A stretch of 63,055 nucleotides of DNA, the filler included, from Kipferlia bialata (taxonomy: Eukaryota): assembly GCA_003568945.1 (NCBI GenBank). It is 7 parts of 7 records of this genome, joined end to end, with 100 filler letters (N's around TTAATTAATTAA, not from the genome) between each part and the next. Parts side by side here need not be neighbours in the genome. Positions count along the whole stretch, not along the records: positions 41,028 to 51,166 come from BDIP01001489.1; positions 51,267 to 61,401 come from BDIP01001490.1; positions 61,502 to 63,055 come from BDIP01001540.1; 4 more parts are not named here. One strand, 5' to 3'. Numbering within the stretch: position 1 is the stretch's first letter; the number at the start of each line of letters is the position of its first letter. Made by a program: the position numbers and the translations under genes. Below, one piece after another: positions 48,401-62,538 of this stretch. Under the pieces are notes generated by a model, which was not told where the DNA came from, ran no database searches, and saw only the letters and a list, made by a program, of their open reading frames with translations.

Positions 48401-51076
48401 ACATAGCAGCATTCATCATGGGATTAATATTTGGAATACACTACCATACATCAATAACAAGTATATGAATTGCTGTGTCCCTCATACCTGCTGCCTCAGC
48501 TTGACCTCTGTGGTCTCGGCCACCTCTAGCTTGCGTCTGGGGTCAGAATGGCATCAATCAGCATTGGAGTACATTATACATGTATACATACATACACACA
48601 CCCACTAAATCACATATATATATACACTACACACATACCTGAGTGCCATGTTGGAGAGCTCCTCACTCTGTGTGGCCTCCTTGGCAGTCAGGGTGTGTCT
48701 GTACCTGGGTGAGGAGGGTCAATATATACCAACACACATGAAACTCATATATATACCAACATATACCTCACAATCAGTACCCCCGCCGCACTGAACCTGT
48801 CCTTGATGTATCTTTCTCTCTCTCTAGGTATACCTATAGGCTTACTAATGAAATAACATATCTATCTACATACCTCACAATCAAGACTCCCGCCGCACTG
48901 AACCTGTCCTTGATATCTGTGTTGGGGTTGGCTATGTAGGCCTCGAGGTCCTCAGAGCCCATCCCACGGTACTTGGTGTCACCTGGGGGGTGAGGGGATA
49001 TATATATGTGTAGTCATTACATCACACTGTGTGTGTCGAAGGAGGGGGGGGGGGGTACATCCCTCCAATATATATATATATATATCCATACGCCCTGTAC
49101 CTGGCACCCTCTCTGGCAGTGCCCTCCTGTCCAGCATGGCCTTCAGGGCATTCTGCTCCTGACAGTTGGGGTATCTTAGGCTGACATACAAATGGAGTAT
49201 ATTCACAAGAATACATATTATGAATTTGTACCTCCTCTCTCTTCTTGAGCACTGCCTTCTCCTCGTCTCTGATGCGCTGTGCCTCAGCCTCTGCCTTCCT
49301 CTCCTTGGCACGGAGCCGGGCCTTCTTCTCCTCGGACTGATGGTAAGACAGTATATGCAAATATACACATAGGACATGTAATACTGATGTTTGCATGTGA
49401 AGGGAGTACAGTACCTTGCGCTCTGCCTCTCTCTCTGCCTCTCTCTTCTTGCCCTGCTCTATCAGGTTGCGAAGAGTGGCCTTGAGACCCTCAACCTCCT
49501 CAGACGACCTGGGGGGAAAGGAGCATCTATATATACATATAATGGAAACAAACCAACACTGTAGAAGGTGTATCAGGGGGCCGATGCCGGTGTACCTAGC
49601 AATCTCGCCTGCCCTCTTCTCCAGCCACCTGTCGTCCTTCTCCTTCTGGGCCTTGGCCCTGGGGGTCAGAGATAGACAGTGAAATATAGGGGAATGGATG
49701 TATGTATATTGACACAGAAATCATTACTCCTTCTGGGCCTTGGCCCTGGGGGGTGAGGGGGGCATAGTGAAATATGTATAGGGATGAGGGGGTCAATGAC
49801 CACATATACTAATGTACATACATGCATCTCCAGTGATATCCATCCATATATATATCTGGGTCTTATCTTATACCTAGCCTCGTCCTTCTCCTTCTGCTGT
49901 GCCATCCACTCCTGCTCCTTGGCCTCCCACTCCAGCTGGCAGTTCTGGAGGATAAGAATGTATGCATATGCCCATTGATACAATGTACTCTATATCCATA
50001 CACATACACTCCAGCTGGCAGTTCTGGGGTAAGGTTATCCACACATACATGTACATACATATATATGATATAGTAGAATGCTACATATTTCTACTCCAGC
50101 AGGTAGTTCTAGAGGGTGAGGCAGTATACATGTATATACATCTTGACACCATGTACTATATACACACCTTCTGAGCCTGGACTGCTGCCTCAGTCTCTAG
50201 AAGGGCAGTGTTGCGCTGGGAGATGACAACCTCTGGCAGTGAGAGGGAGTAACACGATATATAGGACAAACTCAACCAGGGTATGTAGGGCCTTTGCCAC
50301 TCGACTCCATATTGGTGTACAATATGAATACACATAAACCACCTATTAACTAAATTATAACATATGTATACAACTATACACCCACCCAGTGACTGCAGGG
50401 CCTCTGCCAGGTCAGCGTCCTTGATGCCCATCCTGGGGGTGGGGGTTGTATACATACTGAAGAGTAACTAAGGAAGTACACATGTAGGGTCTGACGACAA
50501 CACCATTTTGACGTTATTGTTAGAGAGAGTAGCACACACATATGTACATGATAATACAACAACATACTCACTTGAGGGATGAGTCCTGGGCCTCTCTGGT
50601 GGCATTCTTGGTGGCGCTCTCTCTCTCTGCCTCCCACGCTGCTATCCTCTCCTGCTCTGCCTTCTCTCTCTCTGCCTCTCTGGTCTCATGGGCCGCAGCC
50701 TCTCTCTCCCTCTCGGCCTGCCACTCCGCCCTCTCTCTCTCTCTCTCTGCCTCCACAGCAGCCATCTCCTCCTGTCTCTGCTTCTGTCTGGCAGCCTCTG
50801 CCTCAGCCTCCACCCTCTCTCTCTCCTCAGCGGCCACTCTCTCTCTCTCAGCCTCCTCGGCGTCCCTCTCCCTCTCCCTCTCCTCGCGGGCCTCTCTCTC
50901 CCTCTCGGCCTGGGCCTCTCTCTCTGCCTCTGCCTCCTCCCTCACCCTCTCAGTCTCTGCACGGGCCTCTGCCAGACGTGTGGATGCGGCCTCTCTCTCT
51001 GTCTCCAGGGTGGCGATCAGCTCCTCCTCCCTGCTCTCACTCTGCGTCTTGATGGTCTCCAGCACCAGCTGCAGGG
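45488..51076 (-). CDS. long coiled-coil (E/R/A/K-rich) protein, multi-exon, 5' partial
   Basis: Many minus-strand GT-AG exons encode heptad-like helical sequence (e.g. RMASALKTARAELGNVKDTLGQRERDIVSLGKRNASLTAEIRQLK). Terminal exon ends ...TPKTE* at 45488. Confidence 0.75.
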
Positions 51077-51468
51077 CTGGGGGTCAGTCGAAGAAGAATA
51101 TGACGGCTGACAAAGGGTGGGTGGAGGAAGGGGGGGGGGGGGGGGGTGTTAGGGGTGTGATAAAAANNNNNNNNNNNNNNNNNNNNNNNNNNNNNNNNNN
51201 NNNNNNNNNNTTAATTAATTAANNNNNNNNNNNNNNNNNNNNNNNNNNNNNNNNNNNNNNNNNNNNCTCCCCCCAACTCCATCCTCCCCCTCCTCCCCCC
51301 TTCTTCCCTTCCCTCTCTTGTCCTTTAGTATTGCCATTCTCTCTCTCTCTCTGGTGATGTATCGAACTGCTCACCCCATTCCTTGGCACTCCAGTCTCTT
51401 CCTCTCTCCCTCTCTCTCCCTCTCTCTCCATCTCCATACATCCACCTGTACATCTCTCTTACACTCAG

Positions 51469-53182
51469 CCCCTGGTGTCCCGTTTCTTGGTACCCCTGTC
51501 CTCACTGGAACCAGATCCATAGGAGGGGAGGGCGAGACAGAGGGGGAGCGGGGGCGTGACAGGGTGTGTCAGTACGAGTACACCTGGGTGGATGCACAGT
51601 ATGTCACAGAGGTAACGTGGTGTATATACCCCTATACCATGTTGTTACGTCTATATGAGTATATGAATATGGTTTCTAAGTCATAGACACCTGGGTGGAT
51701 GCACAGTATGTCACAGAGGTAAAGTGATAGTATACGATATACTCTCTTATGTTACATGTCCCTCTACCATTATCAGTTACCATGCTAACTAATGCCTCTC
51801 TCCTACTCCAGCGAGTGTCTATTCTTCGTCATCCTATCTCTCTCTCTCTCTCTTCCTCTAATATCGGAGAGTGTCTATCCTCCGTCACACCCTATTAAAT
51901 ATATCGTGCGTATGTATACCAGTCTCTCACTGCAGAGAGTGTATATCCTCCGTCACACCCTCTCTGACTCTGACCTGCTGTGTGACGCATGTGGCCTCAT
52001 ACCCTGTGATAGTGATAGTGACAGTGATAGTGATAGTCTGGTGTTGGATCCAAAGCTATTAGTAGGAGAGGGAGAGGGAAGTGATACCGAAGCCAGTTCC
52101 CCAGGCTCCCCCGTTTCCCCCAGTCCCCTCCCTTCTCTCTCTCCCTCTCTGAGCCCTGCTGTACCTTCAGTGCTACCCTCCCCTGCACCCCTACAGCCAT
52201 CTCTGACTGATGTGGTGCCAATCATATGCAGCACAACTAGACTAGGTATTCGAGATTGTATATATGTATATGTATGTATATATACTCTTATGTGTACAGT
52301 GTATGACCATCTGTGACTGATGTGGTGCCAGTGATATGCAGCACAACTAGACTAGGTAATTGTAATTACGTATATGTATATATATATTCTCTATGTATAT
52401 AGTATATATGTTCCCAGCCATCTGTGACTGATGTGGTGCCAATCATATGCAGTACCATACGGTTAGGTATTCTATATTGTATATATGTATATGTATGTAT
52501 ATATACTCTCTCTGTACAGTGTATGACAATCTGTGACTGATGTGGTGCCAGTCATATGCAGCACTACACGGCTAGGTATGATTGGATATGTGCTTTCTAT
52601 GTACACAGTGTATATGTATTGTATGCGCTGTGTTTCTATTTTATCTTACCCCCCAGAATCCATCATCCTGCCCCTTGCCCTCACCTCCATATAATACAAA
52701 CATTAATATATATTTCATACATATATATATATGAGTGTGTGTTCTTCTATCTGACTCCCAGACTCTCTGATTCTGTCCCTTGCCCTCACCTCCCTCGGTG
52801 CGACACCCGTCTCTCTCTCTCCCTGCCTGCCCCAGCAGTTCTTTCCACACAGTGACAGTAAGGGTGTAGAGAGGAAGAGAGAGACTGAGAGGGAGAGAGA
52901 TGCAGAGTCTGAGAGTGAGGGTGGCCATGGGAGGAGACTATCTATCAGCTCAGCGAGGAAGGAGAGAGAGCGGGAGAGAGAGAAGGGTATTGCACCCCCT
53001 GATATGGTGAGAGTGAGGGGGGTGGACATGGGGCACAGACAGGCTATCCGCAGTGTTAGGTATTCATATTGTATATATGTATGTATGTATATACTTATAT
53101 ATATGGTCAGAGTGAGGGGGGTTGACCTGGGGCACAGACAGGCTATCCGGAGTGTGAGGTAGTAGCATGGTAGTATATATTC

Positions 53183-53214
<32 letters not shown>

Positions 53215-54234
53215 GGTGAGAGTGAGGGGGGTTGACCTGGGGCACAGACAGGCTATCCGGAGTGTTAGGTATGTCTTGAGTTCAGTACCTACATATCAAT
53301 AGTCATCATGGTATTGGGTAGAACTGGGTCTTAGACCTGCTATCCGTATTGGAAGTATTGGCTTATAATAGTACATGCGTATATATATATATATGAATTC
53401 ACATTTCTAGTGAGAACAGTGTGCAGTGTGCAGTAGTATAGATGAGGTAGGATTATGATAAGTCATCTGCATTACAAGTAAGTATGTCTTTACCCCCAGG
53501 CACCAGATTGATGCCTGTGGGTCTGATGTCACCTGTGTGGTCACAGACTGGACACACCTGCAGGTATAGCTAGTCTATATGTCATTGTATATATATATAA
53601 TGTAATATTCTAATATGTATTGTGATGATGTATATATATATATATATTATGTTTGTGGTCACAGACTGGGCACACCTGCAGGTATATATCTATTAGTATA
53701 TATATTGATAGTGTGGATATTATGGCGCTGTACGTTTCTACTATACTCGCAGTGTGTGGTCACAGACTGGGCACACCTGCAGGTGTGTATAACTGGATGT
53801 ACTCATATGTATATGTGTTTTCATACACTGATATTTGTATATTGGATGATACTACTATACTATCAATGCTTCATAGACTGGGTACACCTGCATGTATGGA
53901 TTGGAGCCCACATATATAAGTATACGTGAACATAATCGGTCTATAGGTGTATATATCTAACCCCCAGATCTGCCTGGGTGTGGTTGCATCTGGCAGAAGC
54001 ACAGTCAGGGACATCATACTGCTGGGTATGTACCTCTTAGAGTTCATGAATACATAATGTATGCTATAAGTATGTATAGTATATTCGTGTCTCTATATAT
54101 ATAGTGTGAATCTGGCAGAAGCACGGTCAGGGACATCATACTGCTGGGTGGGTGTATACATATCAATCCACGTATACATCGATCTGTTGCATCTCTCTGT
54201 AACCCCAGACTCTGATGCCCACTCCTGGTCATCA

Positions 54235-54265
<31 letters not shown>

Positions 54266-57200
54266 CCCTGATTCTCCAGACTCTGATGCCCACTCCTGGC
54301 CATATCCATAGTATGTGTCTCTTCATACTGATATTCATATGTACATGTATATATGTATACTTCCCTCTCACAGTAACCCCAGACTCCGATGCCCACTCCT
54401 GGCCATCCACCGTATGTCTCCTCGTATTAACATACATACACACATATTCACATGAATATATGCATGGCTCTCTAACTCCAGACTCTGATGCCCACTCCTG
54501 GCCATCCATTGTGTCACACCTCAGCGGCAGACAGGAAGTGAGGTATACACATATATACATATATTAGTATATTAATACAATTCATATATATATACATATA
54601 TATAGTTTCTCAGACAGGAAGTGAGGTAGGGGGATGTATATATACATACATATATGTATTACCGTTGTATACCTCTAGTTCTGAGATAACATCCAGGTGT
54701 CTCTCCTCCCTGTGTAACTCAGACGTGTGCCCCTCTATTTCACACACTTCACCTAGTGTCCACATCCCTACATCCAACAAGGGTAGAGAGAGAGGTAGAG
54801 GGAGAGACTCCCCTGCCCTTGGCCTTGTCACACCCAGTACATGTTCCACACCTGAGATGCACACGGTGTCACATGCTGATATCATACAGGTGTGTGTTAT
54901 AGAGTACAACTCAACACATTTTCATGTATTATTCACACATAGTTCACAAACTTGCTTCAACTATCATAATGTACTTTACTTCTAACTGTTTACTTTAGGC
55001 CTCCAAGGCGCTGGATGTCAGGCTCAACCTCAAGTACGGGGGTGACAGCGTTAGAGAGGGAGAGGGAGAGAGAGAGAGAGAGGTAGCAAGCGAGGGCACT
55101 GGTGCCATTCCCATGCCCCTGTCCCCTCTACTCAGGAAGAAAGGGGACCACAGGGAGGCACAGGCTGCTAGGTATAATCTCCTTATAATAGTATGCCAGA
55201 CCTAACATATTGTGCCAAGTTACTCTACATTCAAGTCCCAACACTGCCGACACCATCCTCCTCTCTCTCTTTCTCTCTCTCTCTCTCTTACCCAGAACTA
55301 AATCCCTTCTGCACTCCAGCCCCTACACTGCCGACACCCTCCTGCTGTCCATGTCCCTGAGTCCATCCCCGTCCAGTATGACATGGCCCAGTGTACTGTA
55401 TGCTGCCTCCCAAAGAACAACAAGGTCTGTTTATTATAGCATATAGATATGTAGTCTGGCATATATATATATATACCCGTCCAGTATGACATGGCCCAGT
55501 GTACTGTATGCTGCATCACAGAGGACTACTTGGTGAAATAAAATATATATAATATACTCTTATGTATGTATACCATATCCACATTGGTGACTCTTTCTTA
55601 ATACCAGGGTAGCACTGCCGGACCCCTGCCATTCAGATGCCCTAGGCTCTCTCCTGCTCTCTGTCCCTGCATCTGCACCATACCCCCTTTACCCCCGTAA
55701 CACCACTATAGAGAGAGATAGAGAAGGGGAGAGAGAGAGAGAGGCGGAGGCAACATCCCCACGTGAGAGGGAGAGAGAGAGGGAACCGTGTATGTCTTCA
55801 GTTTCTGCGCCACTGAGCACTATCAGTGAGAGTATGGAGGGAGACAGAGAGGGAGACAGAGAGAGAACTGTCGCTGTACACTCCACTCCCTCCATCAGAG
55901 GTGGGGGTGAGAGAGAGGGCAGGAGTGTGTTCCAACCCACACCACTCAAGGAGAGAAGGGGCTCCTTTGGGGGTAGGAGACTGAGTGTGGGGTGGTTGGA
56001 TGGAGGGAGGGAGAGGGGGAGGGAGAGAGGGAGAGACTCGGATGCCGACAGAGACAGAGCATACCTACACGTTGCAAGGTAACTACTCATTGATCGACAT
56101 GTGTTTTTCTATATTCACTATATGCTAATTCGAATACATGTATATATGTATATTCACTTCAGGTACCTTCGTGTGTCTATTCATGATAACCATTTGTATA
56201 CATATTACAATATGTTCATTATAATACTCCAATACTTGTATTCTTATTTACTCCAGGTCCCCCCGTGCCTCTATCCTTGACAGACAGAGCCAGGCCTATG
56301 GGGCATCTGGGGTGTCACTGTCTGTGACATCACCACCACCCAGGGCGGAGGGGGCTGTGGAGGTATAGTATGTATGGTGTATATATATGCAGTATGTATA
56401 TATATATATATATGTAGTGGTGTATGTATCTGGGGTATCCCTGTCTGTGACATCCCCACCACCCAGGGCAGAGTGGGCAATGGAGGTATTAATAGTATTC
56501 TAGTGTATATAGTGTATATATTACATTAGTTACTGTCTGTGACATCCCCACCACCCAGGGCAGAGGGCGCAGTGGAGGTATAGTGTATACATAGTGTACT
56601 CTTAGTGTTGGAGTATATTCGTACTATATTCTAACCTCTAGGTCCTTACCTCCCCCGCTGTGTGTATGTCTATCCACTCCCCACTTGCACCCCTGGCACT
56701 GTGCCATGCAGCCAGGGCATCAGTGGTAGTTGTAGGTGAGTATGTATATATATATATATNNNNNNNNNNNNNNNNNNNNNNNNNNNNNNNNNNNNNNNNN
56801 NNNNNNNNNNNNNNNTATACAGTGGCTGTTGAGTGTACCCCTTGGCTCTCTGTCATGCAGCCAGGGCATCGGTTGTTATAGTAGGTATATGTATATGTAT
56901 TCACATAACTGGGGGCATTTATGCATATACACTTGTATGTACCATACAGTACCATAGTCTAACTTCCAGGCGAGGCCGCGCTGCTTGGCATCCACAGACT
57001 CAAGACTCAGACCATACAGTCAGGTAGATATATACATATGTGTGATGTATGTGCGACTACGACACACAACTTGTGAATGGATATGTAGTTGTGCAGGTGT
57101 ATGCATGTATCTCCACCTTTCCCATCAATTTCTATACACACTTGACTAATGGGTATCAATGTGTGGTTGTATGCATCTAATACAGGCCTTCTCCGTGGCT

Positions 57201-59941
57201 ACTCTGCCTCCCCTGACTCTTCTGTCATGCGTATACATATATATATATATATATACATATACATTGCTACGCATATAGATTCGTGTATATGTAACTTATG
57301 CTAGGTCTCCTCCGAGGGTACTCTGCCTCCCCTGACTCCTCCCCCATGGGTGCCACCCCCAGTGCATGCTTCAAGCCATTGTATGCAGTACTCAGGCGAT
57401 GCAGGTATACACTCAAGACTCTGTATATTTTGTGTATACTATAATGTATACACTATGTTTGTGTTACTATGAGTGCCACACCCAGTGCATGCTTCAAGCC
57501 ACTCTACGCGGTGTTGAGACGATGTAGGTACATATGGTACTATATATACAAAGTGTATGTACCCTATTAATATATATACATCAATATTGATGCCACACCC
57601 AGTGCATGCTTCAAGCCACTCTACGCGGTGTTGAGACGCTGCAGGTATACACTGTTAATGTTTCAGTTGTATTCATACATCACCTATCCCTGGTGACTCT
57701 TGTGTGCTTACACCCCAGATACCGAGGTGTGGCAGTGGACAAGGCCAGTCACATACACACATGAGTATACACTATTTTCATATGGAGACATGTCTTGTGG
57801 CATCTCTACTTAACTATGTATTGACACCCCAGATACCGAGGTGCAGCAGTGGACAAGGCCAGGCAGTACATGCTGAAGGGCTCGGATACATCTAGTGACA
57901 AGGGACCTGCATCTCTGGCAGACTGTGTAAGGTGTGTTACATACTATATATCATATAGTTCAGTAGTGGGATACTATGTATATGCGTGATTGAATACATG
58001 CTGAAGGGCTCGGATGGGAGTGGAGAGAAGGGTCCCGCTTCTCTGGCAGACTGTGTGAGGTATGTTATAGTGAAGTAACGTACAATAGTAAACATCCATT
58101 CACCTAACCCCCCAGGTGTCCCTATGTGATTATGGTGATATACTTGTACCCATCCATACCCCTAACCCCCCAGATGTCTCTTGGTTGAGCACTCTGCAGA
58201 CACAATGGGACTGGGGGCTATTTGCACTAGGTATTACCATCCTATGGTATTAATCATGTGTATATGTATGTATATATAGTCAACCATTTATAATTCAGAA
58301 TGTCAATGTGTGTGAATATATCGATATACTGTGCAGACACAATGGGACTCCATATGAACCAGGTACTTTCCCCTAGTAGAGTTTGGATTTATAGTACTTA
58401 TAAGGTGATGCCAGTCACAAGACCCTTTACAGCTCTTGGGGTGTGCGTATATGTGTATGTACCACTATAATCGAGAGTGCATGATGTAAACCCTTGGAAG
58501 TATAATGATGTATACACTTACCCCCAGGGATGCCAAGTACAAGACACCCCTTCATAGGGCACTCCGGTTTGCAGCTGGGATGGTGGCGAGGTGGGTGTTA
58601 GATATGACATATATATACATTAACATATATGTATATAGTGTATGGGTGTGGTGTCTGAGTCATACTATCTGCATTGCCTTCTCTCGGTGTAGCTAGGTAT
58701 GTGCATATAGTACGTGCTCTCTATCTCTCTGCTCTCTCTCTGCTCTCTCTTAGTCGGCTGACCCCCAGTGATGTAGTATCCCTCCTACCCATCCTTGGAC
58801 AGATAAAGGGAGAGGCACGTGGAGAGAGAGAGAGAGAGAGGCGGACTACCCCAAGAGTGCAGGGCAAGACCAGTGTTGCCTCACCCCTCCCTCCCCCCAC
58901 CCTATCCTGCCTGTTCAGCGGGTTCAGACCTCAGCACTGGAACTCGATTGGCAACACCTTTGTGACAGGGACCCCTGCCTCTCTCTCCCTGCTACCGAGA
59001 GAGGGAGCCCCACATGGGGTGTACTCTCTCTCCCTCTCGTCCTCCGCTTCTGCCGGACACTGTAGCCCTGTTGTCGCTAATGCTGAGCCTTCAACAGCCA
59101 GAAGTCAAGAGAAGTCAACGGATGGAGGTGACATCGTTGACAAGCAACGACTGCGATACTTGGGCAGAGGTGGTGTTGTGTATGTTCCTGATAAGAAGGG
59201 GGCAGTGTTCTCTTTACCCGTTGACGGTAAGAGACAGGGTGTGATACCTGTGTCACTCCCTAGTCTGGCTGGGCTGATACACTCTCTCTCCCTCTCTCCC
59301 ATTGAGGAGGAGAGAGAGAAGGGGGAGGAGGAGGAGGAGAGGGTTGAGGTGCCTCAATACCCTGTTCTCGATGCATGGTTTGAGAGACCACCACCATCCA
59401 ACAAGGAAGGGAGAGAGAGAGAAGAGGAGGAGGAAGGAGAGGAGGATGTTCCTGTACCCTTCCTTGACCCCCTGACCCCTATGGCCAAGAGGACTAGTAA
59501 TAGGAGCAGGAGGGAGAGGGGGAGAGAGAGAGAGACTGCTGTTGCAGAGGAAAGTGTGTTGGGAGAGATACCCACTCTACATATTGTACTTGCCAGGGAC
59601 TCTGAGACACAGGGTGGAGAGGGGGAGAGAGAGGTCCAGGAGTACATATCCAGACTGAGGGATACCCTGCTCAAGGGGTTCAAGAGGTATTAACATATGT
59701 ATATATAGATATATGAATATTCTAGATTCACTTAGTCCTTACCCTTACACTCCTTAACCATAGGCACCGCATCCCCAAGGCCCTCCTGCCCTCTGGCATA
59801 GTGAATATATACAATAGATACTATATACATATATATATATTAGTATATATTCCCTTAATACTCCTTATCTTCAGGTATCGTATCCCGAAGGCCCTCCTGC
59901 CCTCTGGCATTGTGGTGGACAGGGACATCAGGGGGTATTGA
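51469..59941 (+). CDS. large multi-exon protein, possibly a highly divergent AMP-binding/acyl-CoA-synthetase-like protein with low-complexity inserts
   Basis: Exon structure is clear and ends ...KGFKRYRIPKALLPSGIVVDRDIRGY* (59939-59941). Weak ANL-like motifs: VPIICSTTRLDSLILSLALTSLGATPVSLSP, VTCVVTD and YRIPK. No clear P-loop (YTSGTTG) was found, so the product call is tentative. Confidence 0.4.
52197..52580 (+). repeat. exon-echo array: three donor-side copies of CCATCT.TGACTGATGTGGTGCCA.TCATATGCAG.AC.A..CG/AGA.TAG|GT
   Basis: True exon ends at 52245; copies end at ~52355, 52466 and 52575. Confidence 0.88.
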
Positions 59942-60356
59942 GGGAGATCAATTCTGCCTCTCGTTGGCCCTACAAACTATCTATGTGTGAATAGAAGCGT
60001 AATGGGTGAGCGTAGTTGTTACTTCCTTCCCTGCCCTCTGACATTGAGGGGGACAGGGACAGGAGGGGGTATTGATGATACTATGGTTGTCATTGCAATT
60101 GTGCTAACCGTTGGCCTGGATGGTCTAGTTACCTTACTTACCACTATCATGTATTGTATGAATAGAAGCGTTGGAGCTTTCCGTCTTTAACAGTATTGTA
60201 TGCAACAACCACCAGCGCATATACAACTACCCACACATGACTTCAAGCAGCTACTCACGAGTTAGTATCTATTATCTGGTATTCAATCACACCCCACAAT
60301 GGAATGGATGCATATCTAATATGCATATACATCAATGTCTTAAACTATTCATCTAG

Positions 60357-61204
60357 TCACACCCCACAATGGCTGCATCCCCACCCAGGGACATGTCATG
60401 GATACCAGAGGGGGTCAGGGGTGATCCATCACCTATTGTGAGAATATACTAATACAAATATTGTTATATCCAGATATATATAGATATATAAAGATATATA
60501 CCAGAGGGGGTCAGGGCAGGTCTGAGACTTCCATCTGAAGTGAGCATATACACATGGATATTCCTGATTACAAATATACTATTAGGTATATATGTGTATA
60601 CCCTGTGTGTTTGCCAGTCTGTCCTGCAGGGACAGGGCATCCCATATGTACATGAACCAGTGGGACAGAGCGCCCTGCTGCCTGAGGGTTAGATATATAT
60701 ATGTATTCTACCTATAGTCTAGTGGAACAGAGGTTGATTCGGGTCATGATATACATATGATACATATGATATATATGATGTCACTCCTATCTACCTGAGT
60801 TCCGCAACGTCATCTACAGACGCCCAGGTGGTGTGGCTGACCTAAGAGTGAGTAATCATCAGACAAACATATGAGCAGTACACATTGACTACTATATTAA
60901 TGCTAGGCATTGTATACCTCCTCTTCGTTGAGGTGCATGGCTGCCTCCACACATCCATATACAATTACCTCATCACTCATATATTAGTATATATGGTATA
61001 TACATAATGTGATATACCTCCTCCTTGTTGAGGTGCATGGCTGCCTCCACCTATAAATATACATCAAAGAATACACAACAACCATGTACAACCATATAGT
61101 GACTATTTCTATACATACTATATACAACGTACCTCCTCCTTGTTGAGGTGCATGGCTGCATCCACCTGGTCTGCATCGACCAGGCAGAACAGAACATGGT
61201 CAAC
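60357..61204 (-). CDS. probable type-1 isopentenyl-diphosphate isomerase (Nudix fold), 3' exons only
   Basis: VDHVLFCLVDADQVDAAMHLNKEE|VSHTTWASVDDVAELR|QQGALSHWFMYIWD resembles the IDI-1 C-terminus (E-V/I-D-H/Y-V-L-F...N..EV....W.....L......S/TPWF). Confidence 0.55.
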
Positions 61205-61345
61205 CTGAGGGTGAGGGTATATGTATACTTACATATGTATATATATTAACCACTTATGTACAATACATATATGTATATAGCATCAACTAGACAGAAGAGT
61301 ACATGGTCCACCAGGGGGTGAGTATATATATAGATTGATACTATA

Positions 61346-61401
<56 letters not shown>

Positions 61402-61554
61402 NNNNNNNNNNNNNNNNNNNNNNNNNNNNNNNNNNNNNNNNNNNNTTAATTAATTAANNNNNNNNNNNNNNNNNNNNNNNNNNNNNNNNNNNNNNNNNNN
61501 NCCTTTTGTGTTTTGTTTTCCCCCCCCCCCCCCCCCCCCCCTTTCTTACCCTAG

Positions 61555-62538
61555 GCCAGTATGTTGCCAACAGGGTGTCCAAGAAGATCAGCAAGATCAC
61601 AGACACCATATTCATCTGCCGCAGTGGTAGTGCCGCAGACACACAGGTGCAGACACCCTCTCACACTTTGTATTCAACACACCTCTCCCTTATACTCCGT
61701 GTATATAGTCATCTCTTCACATCACTACATGCACCCTCACCCTCACCCTCTCACCATAGGCCCTTGCCGACCTGGTCAAGAGGTATCTGCAGGACCACAT
61801 GCTCGAGACAAACGAGCCAGCTAGGTGGGGTCCCATTAGTCATATATATATATACATATACCCCTATCTGTCCTTTGTGTGGGTGTGCTATATTTTTCCT
61901 GCCCTTGTGTAGTACCAGTCCCCCCTCCCTCACCCCAGGGTGAAGACCGCTGCCCGTCTCCTCCAGCTTGTGGCCTACAACAACAGGGGGTACCTCTCTG
62001 CCGGCATGATCATTGGGGGGGTGGACGACCTGGGTGGGTGGTCTATGTGCATAGTGCCTTCCTCCTGTCTCACACCTCTCTCACCTCAGGCCCACACGTG
62101 TTTGTCATCCCCCTGGGAGGCAGTCTGTACGAGCAGCCATACGCCCTTGGCGGCAGTGGCTCCAGCTATGTCCTGGGCATGGCCAGGGCCACCCACCAGG
62201 TGACTGCCTCTACTGCCTCTCCCCCATGCACTTCTATGTCCCATGTCACATTAACCCCAGGAGACCTTCACCCACGAGCAGTGCGAGCAGTGGCTCATCA
62301 CCCTGGTGTCCAGGGCCATGGAGTCTGACGGGTCATCAGGCGGTGTCATCAGGTACGCACTTTATGTTTAGAATAATTGATATGCATCTATATAGTCTGT
62401 GAGTGTATACGATGCAGTCCTCTCTCTCTGAATGCAATCCTCTCTCTCTGAATGCCGTCCATGTCTCACCCTAGGCTGGTCACTATCCCCACTGACGGCC
62501 CTGTGACAGCTAGGTACCTCGAGTCTCCCATTGAGTGA
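61555..62538 (+). CDS. PSMB6: 20S proteasome beta-1 subunit (PSMB6/Pre3-like), 5' partial
   Basis: [31 protein letters not shown]...VKTAARLL...LSAGMIIGG...[12 protein letters not shown]...[17 protein letters not shown]. Stop at 62536-62538. Confidence 0.92.
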
